Source of the DNA: Daphnia carinata
Lineage: Eukaryota
NCBI RefSeq assembly: GCF_022539665.2
Contig: NC_081334.1
Span: 2,108,001-2,172,000 of the forward strand
DNA: 64,000 nt
Direction: 5' to 3'
The position numbers and the translations under genes are program-made. Shown here in pieces: positions 53,201 through 64,000 of the stretch. Under the pieces are notes generated by a model. It worked only from the letters and a program-made list of their open reading frames with translations. It did not search any database and was not told the DNA's origin. The number at the start of each line of letters is the position of its first letter. The first letter of the stretch is position 1.

Positions 53201-54551
53201 TATTGAACAGATACTACGTCATTGAAAGTAATCTGCTGATGAACAACCTCAGTCATTCAAGAGATCATTAAGCAATATGGGTACGGCATTGCATGCAGAT
53301 GGCTACCAGGTTAGGACACGTGACCCTCAGAAACTTTGGATCGCATAGGAGCGCTCAATGAACTGTGAAAGGGTATTTCAAATATGTTTAAAACCAAGTC
53401 ATGACGGATGGGAGAATATGACGGCGTCGGAATATGAAAGTAAGAAGCCCGTTATTTGATCACATACGTACAAGTGGCATCGCAAGAAAACGCTAGAAAA
53501 AAAAACAATGAAAAGAATATAAAAAACAAAAACTCACCGTAATAGTCGACTTGGTGGGCTGCTCAAAATATTACATGGAACCAAAAGATACAAATAATAT
53601 ATCACAGATATTCTTTAAAAAAGAAAAATAGTGAGCTTATCTCTATCTTGCGAAGCCAATTGAATACTACTTAAGATTGCGCTTCATGTGGGTATTGTGT
53701 TTTTTGTAGAAAAGAAAAAAAAATGGTTAATTGGAAACGAATTGTTTGTTACCTTTCCGCGCTCTCCATAAATCATGATAGTATCCTTGACACAGAGAGC
53801 AGCAGCAAGGAATGGACAGGGTTACTTAATGTTAAAAATTAACCTTCACTTGTTCTAGCCAACATAAACAGGTTAGGTCAAATAGCCGTACAAGGTTTCC
53901 AATCCAAAATACTGAATTTTACATTTAAAAAAAAAAAAGAAAGGAGCAATCATACCTCCTCTTTCTGGGCTCGCAACTGTTTGGGTCTGCTTGGCATAAG
54001 TGACAATCTCTTTGGGTGGAATGTCAGTCGTTTGGACACTCACTTTGGTTAACTGGGGTTTCTTCCTGCAGTCATTCAGAAAGAAACATGTGAAAAATCG
54101 TAATGGTTTAGAAATATAAGGTTAAAACCTGCTCTTGCGTGCCATTAATGGTGACTGGACTAGGCTGGAATCAGGTGTGGACTGATTACTTGGTTCTTGA
54201 GTGGATGGAACATAAGTTGAGAGCACATCTAATAATTGACAGAAATAGTATTATAATATTGCAATTTATTTAGGTGTACAATGTTCTTGAGATGTTTACC
54301 AGACACAGGTTTTAAACCCTCCCGCTTCAAAAGTTCATCCATGGTTACATTCTGATCACCTTCTCTAAGGACGCGGTGAGAGTTTTCCACCTTTGGAACA
54401 CATGCAATTACATATTCAAGGAAACAGTCAGAACCCAATTATGATGTTTTACCTCTTGTCTTTCTCGTTCTTGTTGCCTTCTTTGTTTTTCCTTCCTCAG
54501 TTCTTCTAGTTTGGCCTTTTTTCTTTCCAATTCAGCCTTTCGGTCTGCCAT
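50259..54551 (-). CDS. sw: Cytoplasmic dynein 1 intermediate chain (short wing / DYNC1I ortholog), alternatively spliced
   Basis: [40 protein letters not shown], and WD40 repeats [19 protein letters not shown] and [13 protein letters not shown]. Confidence 0.94.
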
Positions 54552-57022
54552 TGTGACACCTAGCACATAAAATGATTTTAAAGTATTGCAATACATACAA
54601 TTTGGGATCTAAATCTAGCTTCTAATTTATCTTTGGTGGTGGGGATGGGTAAAACAAACACGTCAGTACGAAAAAGTATGTTATGCAGCTTGTAGGTATG
54701 GGTGTGCCTGGGCTGGTGTTGGCATAAGTCATAATGCGGTGACAATATATAACAATACGAATTACTGAATTTACGAATGTAATGTAATACTCACAAAGAG
54801 CTTTTGGGATGATATCACAAAAAATAATATTAGAATCTCTGCTACAGAAAAAAAGTCTCAGCTCTCAGCTGTCACCCGTAAAATGGCCGTATGGTGACGA
54901 ATACAACATTGACAGTTCGAGCGGTATATTTCGGGACACGCTGTATTTTGATAGAAATGATTCCATAAATCGCACATTTGTCATTGTTATTCTAGCATAA
55001 CAATAAAACTGAGAACTGCTTTGCTTTCCCTGATAATACCTGTTCGATTTTAACATAAAACATCCAAAAAGAAAACATGGTAAGCCATTCAAAGCTGTTT
55101 AGCTTAGTAGCCCATACCAAAAGAAAAATCTAAAACAAATAAACAAAATTTAAGCCACTATAAATACCAAGGGCGTAGAAACTACATGTTCCTTGAGTTA
55201 CTTGATTTTCGAGTGGAATTTATAATGAAGTTGACGAACCTTCTTTACACAAAGAAACAGTCTTGTCAATAGCTTAGTTTGTATCCGACAATTCCCAGAT
55301 GGTGGATTATAAATTTCCAAAGAAATAACATGGCACGATGCACTTTTCCAGAAATAATTTGTATTGAAAACGCAATCTACATAGTTCCCTTAAGAAATAT
55401 GCGTTTATTGCACAAAATAAATGAGCCTTTGCTAGTTAAAAACAAACAATATTGAGATTCCAAGAGCACAATCGTGACAGGCTGAGCTACGCCATAAAAA
55501 CGAAGCCAAAGATAAAATTTAGAAAAGCATATATATATATATATATGTATATGAACCTTCTTTTGACGAGAGTTCGAAAGCCAACAACTCTGATAACTAA
55601 ATACCAAAGTGAGTTCATATTGGAGATAGAAAAGCAGATGCGCCCATCGGGCCAACGAAGCAGAAGGAGTATATACGAGTGTCCCAGTCTAAGCATTCCT
55701 GGAGAAGTCACGTAAAAACATCAACCACTAAGACAAAAAAAAAAAAAAAAGAGAAAAAATATTTATGGAATGTCCTGAACATTCTGATCGCTTCTCTGTG
55801 ATCAGCTCGATCGCGACTTTGATGCATCGAGACTTTCCAGTCTTTAACGAAGGCCAGGTTCCATCACGTTATTGCGCACTGTATTTATATATATATATAT
55901 ATATGCGAGAAGGGTATAGATATACATACGGACGGTGGGAATTGTGAAAGCCAAGCTCTTCCGTTTGTCTACATATCTTCTCCCCCCCCCCTCCTTTCTC
56001 TCGCTATGTCTTCGTTGCTCGTTGGTCAAAGTCGTGCAGCATGACTTGTTTCTCTTGTGCGCGAGCGTCTGGCGATGTTTGGGGAAATGCTGGGTATCAT
56101 CTCATCAGCACCGCCCAGGCTTTCAAAACTAAAAATAAACCATTGAAGGCGTATGGGCCTATGCGGATGGTATGTTTACATATACTCTATACGCACAAAC
56201 GGTGTACTGTACATATAACAGTGGGCCCAGTTGGGGCTGCGTGAGAGAACTCTTGGCATACCCTACTGCCTTTTCTTTATGGCACTCTGTTCGTTAATTA
56301 CCTTTCGCTTGAAGACATTTTCAAACGGCGAGTCGCCCTTTTCTTTTTTGTTATTCATCATTTCCCTTCTTGCCTTTTTTTTCCTTTTGAGCATTGAATT
56401 TCACGCTTCGAAAGCAACGGGTTAAACGACACGCCACTTGGCTTTCCAACTAATGAAATTCGTGTTAAGAAACCATATGATTTCATCGGCGGGCGGGATA
56501 TTGCAAAAGAATTAAGAAAATGGCGCATAAAAATCTGAGATTTGAATCTCATTGACGGAAAACAACTGTCTCCTTACGAAACAAACATTTTCGTTTTTCC
56601 TGCTTGCACACACACACATACGCAGACGACTTAAAAAATCTCTCCATACCAATGTAAATGAAGCGGAAGCGGGAGCGGAACACTTCCGGTATAACATGTC
56701 CATCCCGAGATAGGCACAGAAGATGGAAGAGGCATGGAACAGCGGTAGGAGGAAACTGTTGAGCGCTCTACTGGTTACAGAGGAAGAAGATTAGAAAAAA
56801 GAAAGAAAATAAAAAGGGGGGAAAAAAAAAAGAAAAGAGGAAGCTGATGAAATGTCGTCGAGGAATGTGCTCTGTTTCTTTTTCGTTTCCCCCCCCCCCC
56901 TTCTCCTTGTCTACTGTTATTCTCTATGTCACTCCTCCACACCCATTCTAGGTAATCTTCTTTCTTTCTTGCTCCGGTTTTTGAATGAATCTAAAGTTAG
57001 CTAAGGCTTTAAGCTTTTGCAG

Positions 57023-57276
57023 CTTCTTTTTCGGCTTGGACCAACGACGTAACAGTCGTCACGACGTCGCGGTGCAGTCTGGTCGATCATCCGGCCGATG
57101 ACTCGTGTCATCCAACCCGCGGTGTGTTGAGCCCAGTTCCGCATTTTCGATCGGACATCGAACATTTCTTCTGGTTTTTCATTCGGCCAAAACCTGTCTC
57201 GAACGCATTGAATTGAACGAATCTCTTCTGGTTTCTTAGTTGTGGCCGACTGCAATCGGAATCGATACATCGTCGG
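57023..57276 (+). other. Probable non-coding (5' UTR) exon of a + strand transcript
   Basis: Acceptor ttttgcag at 57022 and donor gtaagt at 57277, preceded by a 71-nt GT-AG intron candidate at 56952-57022. Confidence 0.4.
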
Positions 57277-60200
57277 GTAAGTTCCAATCGGAAATTCTAT
57301 TCACTTCGCATGTGACCCGAAATTCTTTTTATGTGATCAAACGCATACGATACGAACGATATACCCAATGGGGTCGTGCCTAATAAGGCTATGTAAATGT
57401 GATGCAACAAGAGATCGGTGTATATTTATATGAGAGGTCGGAAAGCACGTGGCTTTCGTACCCGACGATTTTGAACTCGTGATGGCATTCAATCACGAGA
57501 CCGCAACCGTATGCATTCAATCCCGTTTGATTGGTCCTAGCCGGGACGGGGATTAACGTTCCACGCGTGATCCATTCCATGAATTGTTGAAATACATTTT
57601 GTTTATTCCAAAATGTAGGGCAGGATTGTAAAGACAGCACATTAATCACATTTTTTTTTTGTTTTTGTTTTGGGGAATATAATTTGTTTGACCCACCACG
57701 CCCCTGCGGTATAGCAAATGATGGGCCGCGTTTTGTTCGAGGAGGATCTTTAACTTTCACCCTTACATGGAATTCCCCATTCTTTTCAGTTAACCTCTGA
57801 GGTTGGGCCACACACACAAAAAAAAAACGAGCGTTGGCGTGCAGTTTGTTTCACGTGAAGAACAAATTAGGGTGGAGCTGGTGAGCTCGCTAGATGTCGT
57901 GAGAATGTCACTTCACGAGTCACGCCACCAGATGGACGTGATTTTTTCTTTTTTACCGTAGGGAAGGAGGGGGGGGGGGAGCATTTTGGATGTTTTACGA
58001 GGTTTACACGTGGAGCGTGCTCGACGTAGAGGCTCGCCAATTAAGCGTGAAAATGAAATGAATATGGCCACTCGCATATTATGCGCGTGATTTATCACCA
58101 TAGAGTGGCCGGGAAAAAGCTTTATCGCCTGCGGTTCCGAATCACGGAATGTTGGCTTTCACGTGCGCAGTTTTTACCTGAAAACTGTCAGTCACGTCGC
58201 CCAAAGTTATCCCCCATTTTTCTCTCTCTCTTGTTTTTTTTTAATTTAAAACGACGCAAATGTTTTTCCAGTTTGCATATTAAAGTGTTTGATGAATGAG
58301 CTCATTTTTGATCAACCTTTTTAAACTAAAAACAAAAAGAAATATGTAAAGTGCCAGATGGCGGCCATGAATATACGAGCAATGTCCCGCGCGAAAAGAG
58401 GCAGCAGCGGAACGGTAATGTGCAAGCAACACCCCCTTGCGTCTGTTTTGTGTACACGCAGTGAGGAATGTTCACATGGGGAATTTAAGAAGAAAGTGGC
58501 CCTTTTTTTTTTTTTTTTTTTTTAATATATTTAACCATTAGCAGTGAGGAAAGCTATCGTGAAAAGACGGCCAGGCGTATATTACGATAAGTGCTTGACC
58601 ATTTTGTTCCATACCGATCGTGAGTCACGAGTGAAAGGTGAAAAACGATTCACGTTAGATTGAAAGCCGACTATACATGAGCGTTGCATGTACGAATGAA
58701 ACGCGTTTTGTGAATCGGGTTTAATAGTAACCGACATTCCAAAAATAGCCCGTTGAACCGGTGAGCGCCATCAATAAGTTGACGCAAATAAATCAGATAA
58801 CATAAGAATATAAATAAAGAAAAAAGTCGTAAATAGTCATTAGATTTCCCTTTGATGTCATCTGTTTTTTTTTTTTTACAAGTGGCCGCGTCGTTTCGCT
58901 GCATTTTCTCGGAACGGATCGAGTTTTAACCAATTAGCTGGGCAGGATGCTCGCTATTGTATAAGACAAGATTCTTCTTCTTCTTTTTTTTTTTTTTTTT
59001 TTTTTTTTCAAGAATGAAAGTGAAAAACAAATGAAAGAAAGGAAATGTTAACTATGCAACAAGCGGGGGACTGCGTTTGAGCGGCTCATCCCGTGAGCGC
59101 AGTTCGTTCGTATCGATCACGGAGATCTTTGTTGCTCAGAATGGAGAGTTAGAGAGTTAGCCGACGTTTGCCGATGAATGTCTTCGACTTCTTTCTTATT
59201 TACTTATTTAAATTTTAAAAAGAAAAGAAAGAAAAGACTGCTTTTCTTTGTTTCTTATTTCACTTGTTCGTACCGCAATAAAAAAAACGAAACCCGCTAG
59301 AAGATAAGGGAGCAACACAACAACAACAACAAAAAAACAATTCCAGTTTTCTAGTTCTGGTCTCCGTTGAACCACATCGTCCACATAATCCAACATCACG
59401 ACGATGGGCAATAAGGTCGACGATGACGGCGACGAACGAACCGTGCAACAACCCCTTGTTAAACTAGTTCTTCTCTGTGTTTAAAAAAGAAAAATGAACG
59501 TGCATGTGTCAGCTGAGCGCGTTCTATCCCGGGAATAATAAACAGCCCAGGGGATATCCAACCAACAAAAAAAAAAATAGAGAGTGAAACTTAACGTGCC
59601 AAAAAAAAAAAAAATAAAAGGGAACGACAGCAGCGACATCGTGAGCCCTGCTTGTGCTGGACAGACAGACAGAGAAGGGGGGGAATGAGTCATTGACGCA
59701 AACCGGTTCCATCGGTTCTCCTTGAAAGGAATAAGCGAACAAACGACGCGCCATCCTTTTCACTGTCTCTCTCCATTTTCTATTTCTTTCATTTCTTTTA
59801 CAGGTATTTCTCTTTTCTTTTATTTATTTTATTTTTTTTACGTTGATCAAGAGAGAGCTCGGTTACGCTCGTTTCATGTGGGCTTTAATTATCTCAAAAA
59901 GCAATGGGAAACAAGAAAAGGGAAAGAAAAAAAATAAGAGAATCAGCTGACAGCTGGACGTGAGATTGACAGAGACGGATTCTCGGGAAAGGAAATGTCC
60001 ATTAGATATGAACGACGTCGGTGAAGCCAAATCTCAAAGGGGAGAAAACTGCACACACCGCTCTGTATTAATTCAATCGATATCAAGTTGGCCGTGAATC
60101 AAATGAAGAGGAAAACAACAAACGCTCTAATGATTTACCGAATGCCAACAAATTTCAAGTTCTTTTTTTTTTTTTTTTTTTACGTTGGATTGAGTTGAAT

Positions 60201-63200
60201 TCAACATCCCCAAACCAATCGGCCAACACCCCGAGTTGGGACATGCGTAGACATCGACTAGATTGACGTGTTAAATCAAGGTACGCCTCACTCGAAACGA
60301 GTTGTGGCTGTGCGTAGCTAATCATATCGGCTTCATCTCAATCTCATTTTTTTTTTTTTTTTTTTTTTTTGCAACTCTCTTTTTCCTGTTTTTCTTTTTT
60401 TTTTTTTTTTTTTTGCGTTTCACTGGACAGCCGTGAAGGACGGTGTAAGAGCAGCGCATTTGTAAGTCGTCGTTTCCCTATATAGAATAATGAAATAAGA
60501 GAGTCGTATATACACTAATCTGCCATCGGATAGGGGACACAATCAGGTGCGCCAGTGTAATATTCAAGTTTCTTCCATCGATTGGCGTTGTGTATAAAAA
60601 AAGCAAACATGGAAATCGGAGACTTGCCCTTCCTGGGTGGGCGTTCAGCCACAAGGTTATCCGTGCACTTATGTTTGACCAGGTGGAAGAAGCTTACCTT
60701 AAATCTCGTTGCATTCGTTGGCTTGAAACAAATCTATGTGCAGACAGTCGAGTGTGTTTACGATCAGAGGCGAATTGCATTTTTTCTGGATATATTAATT
60801 AAAAAAAAAAAAATAAAAAAAAAAATAGGGTATTTATTATATATCAAAGAGAGAAAGGCGATAGGGGCTGCAGGTGATGTGGCATGTTGCGCTCCAGTGA
60901 CTTGGTGAGTCATCGGTGGTCTCCAGTTCAACGGCTTCTTCGTTCAACATCAAACCTTCGCCTGCCCGACTATAATATTCATTATATACAACAACCAAAA
61001 AAAAAATCAAGTTTTTCTATTCAAACAAATTTTTTTTTTTCCTCGCCTGTTCCTACGCAACAAGAAGAAAATCATTAAAATAAATAAATAATAATTTACT
61101 CTGTGTACAAGATAGAGAACCAGTTGAACTGGATCTTGGATTGTTCGACGTTCTCTTTGGCATACGTGTCAAACCAAGGACTTGTTCCATGTGTGTAGAA
61201 CAGAGAGAGTCATAGCACCGATGTCGTTTGTCTCCTTTTCGTGTGTGTGTGTCTTGCCTATTTGAACTGCCGCCACCCCTGGCCACAGCAGGTGTTGTTT
61301 GTTCCGGCCAAGAAGCAAGAAAAGACAAGCAAACGGTCTTGTTCTTTGTTTGAATGAAGCCATTCAATGTCAACGTTTTGTTTTATGTGGAAAGAAACAC
61401 AGAAGAGAGAGAGAGATGGCCATCAAACTACTGGCAACGCAGCATCGTTTCGCTATTAACTGCTAACCTTCTAATAGCATCGAGATCTTTTCTCTTTATC
61501 CTCACCTTATAAAGACGATTGCTTTCCGTGGGCCTTATAAAAATATTTTGTTTAAAAAAAAAAAAAAAAGCCGAACGCGAGGACCCCATGAAGGAAAACA
61601 AGTCGTAAATATAGCACACAGAAAATAAAACATAAAGGAGAAGTGTATTTGGGATATGGTCAAATGTTTGGAATCAGTTTCAACTGGACACGCTAAAATG
61701 AATGGAAGAATTCGAAATTTGTTTTCGGGCAGAGACGCACTTTGTGATGGGGGGATATAAAAAAAAAAAAAATGACAAGGACACGCACGCGAAAAATATA
61801 TAAAATAAAAAAAAACATTTTCATGCAAATCAATCGATGGCGGTGTGGCATTGAAACGGGTCGAACCGACAACAAGAAGCGGCTGACCCAGCCCTCTCCT
61901 CCTTTGCCATCTTAAAAAGGGAAACAGGAGGAGTTGTAAGTGATTGGAGACGAATTGCTTGGCAGGTAGCCGACAATTGCCCTCGTCTTTCCCAAACTGT
62001 CGGTGCGCAAAAAATTTTCGAATAGAAAATGCCATGGCCGGATTCTTTCGACACGTTTTTACGATGTCCACCTTATTATGATTCTCTCTCGGTCGCTTTC
62101 TTATTTCCGAAAATGTTTTTAGAAATTTCAGTTTCAATTCTCTTCGTGTCTATCGTTTGTTTTTCACGCCTTTTTTTTTTTTTTTTTCGTGTGACCTCAA
62201 TGAAAAACTTTTAATCTCAAACTGCATCTGGGATGAAGAGAGGACACATCACACACATTTTCTAAATGCAGAGGAAGTCCTTTTTAAATTTCCTTTAAAG
62301 GCTGTAAAAAAAAAAAAAAAAAAAAAAAACTTCTTGGGAAGGAAAACGACTTGAATGCAATTCCATGTTGATTTTTGATACGGCTATATTTAACGGCGAA
62401 AACTATTCTCGTCTCTGCGAGCCCGAAATTTAGGTTTCTTTTAACTCGCGTTTGTTTTGTGTTTGACTTGCAAAATAGGTCGGACCAATGGTCTGTGTAG
62501 TCACGGTAGTGTCACGTTCCCCTCATACCCATGTACGCACAACGTAACAGCATAGATTTAATATAGAAGTAAAAAAAAACAAATAGAAACCCACAGATGA
62601 ACACAAAAGTTCTGAAATGGGCCATCAAAAGATGCAAACTGTTGTTATACAAAGCGCAGATGGGGGGGGGGGGGAGAGAATGATACCACATAATAACACT
62701 ATCCTTTCGTTCTATAAAAAAAATCTTTGCGAACATTTAAAAAAAAAAAGGGTAACAAAACAAGAGGAGACGGCCATCGATTTCGTGCAGGTTGTTTCTT
62801 ATTTTGGCTCTGGCGTGTCGCTGCTGTTTCTGGTCTACTGGTCTCGCGGTCCTTGGTTCACCTATGACCAAATATCGCTGCCTCTTTTAGCCATGCCCGC
62901 CTTTTCCATTCTATTTAGTTAAACGAATAAAGAAACAGAGACCCTCTTTTTTTTTTTTTTATTATTTTGCCTTCAAGGGAAAGACTTCAAAAAAAAAAAA
63001 AAAAATTTAGGTACAAATTTGGTCATCTCTCTGGCAGGGTCTTTGCATCCACTCGCTGACCGAGTAAAAACTGAACGAGATGAGGCAACAAAGAGATAAA
63101 TCATAATCAAATCAACAAGTTGAATATTTAAAGAAATGTTGAGAATGCACGTGAAAAACAAACACGAAAAACAATAGAAAAAAACAAAACATGGAGGGGT

Positions 63201-64000
63201 AAAATGCGGTGGGAAACGTGGTTGAAGTGAGTAGCCTACGGAAGGCCTTGCGATCGTGACGTCATTCTTGAACGATTCCTCTTTTCATGCCTCACAGTCC
63301 GTTCATCTCCATTAGTTTCTTTTAGCTTTCATGCGCCATTGGATTGTGAGGTTGTCAGTCGTGTTTCCCTCGTGCCGGGGAGTCGCCTCATTTGAAATTC
63401 ATGAATGGCCGGGCGGGCGATTGATTCCCACAGTTTAAACGGGCCGTAAGGCCTTACGCGAAAGCTACTTACCTTTTGTATACGCGCACACAACACCGTC
63501 AGGGGATGATCCATTGATAGGGGGGGGGGGGGGAAGAGCTTCTCTTTCAAATAGATGTTTAATATGCCCAAGAGTATGGAAGATGAAAGTGATATAAAAC
63601 TTGACTGCTTTCCATTATGTGTATAGAAATCGACGTTGAAGTTGATCGAACGCTCACTGGCAAACGGGAATTTAAACGTCACCCCGCCGTGCGTTGAATC
63701 ACTTGGCAGGCCGTGAAAAACTGCCCGTATATGCGCTCGTGATTGCGAGTTTCACGCATCCCGCGTTTACATCTCTCCTGGAATTTTTTTTTTTTTTTTG
63801 CTTCTAAATCTTCTCATTTATTATTTTTTTTTTATTCATTGCCCATTGCTTGTAAATACCGTGACAAGATGAAATTTAGGGTTTTTTTTTTTCTTTTTAA
63901 ATGCACGCGTGAAATAGTTTCTTTTAGCCCGCGTGATTGCTGCACGGAGTCTTAGAAAAGAGCCTGGGTCTCATTTTCAACGCGGTTGTTTTGAATGCAT

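Noticed and set aside
57001..57270. 89-aa minus-strand ORF
   Set aside because: No recognisable domain, and the splice signals fit a + strand non-coding exon better.
58000..64000. Numerous 60-200 aa ORFs rich in Phe/Lys
   Set aside because: They are translations of poly-T/poly-A tracts in non-coding DNA.

Overview
Eukaryotic, intron-rich genomic DNA. The 55-80 nt GT-AG introns, long poly-A/T tracts and arthropod-type dynein exons suggest a crustacean such as Daphnia; this is an inference. Positions 1-26.4 kb hold a dense housekeeping cluster, mostly head-to-head or tail-to-tail: DDX20, TINAGL1/Swim, Nup107, BCCIP, FMC1, SRR1-like, ArfGAP1, ITPA, OSGEP, mTERF, MKRN2OS-like, tetraspanin 13/31 and ZNF830. 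At 27.2-30.3 kb lies an intact, spliced hAT-transposase-derived gene with two BED fingers and a Glu-to-Lys change at the last catalytic position, so it is a domestication candidate. A repeat and relic island spans 30.3-41.5 kb, with two MITEs, tRNA-like Pol III motifs, a 36-bp minisatellite, two copies of a decayed Cys-rich gene and a CXXC1/Cfp1 pseudogene fragment. Positions 43-54.6 kb contain a HES bHLH-Orange-WRPW gene, a ZIP zinc transporter, ubiquilin, and cytoplasmic dynein intermediate chain with a microexon cluster. Positions 55-64 kb are non-coding, with probable 5' UTR exons of a + strand gene. CDS coordinates are whole-gene spans including introns. Family assignments come from motif recognition by eye, with no database search.
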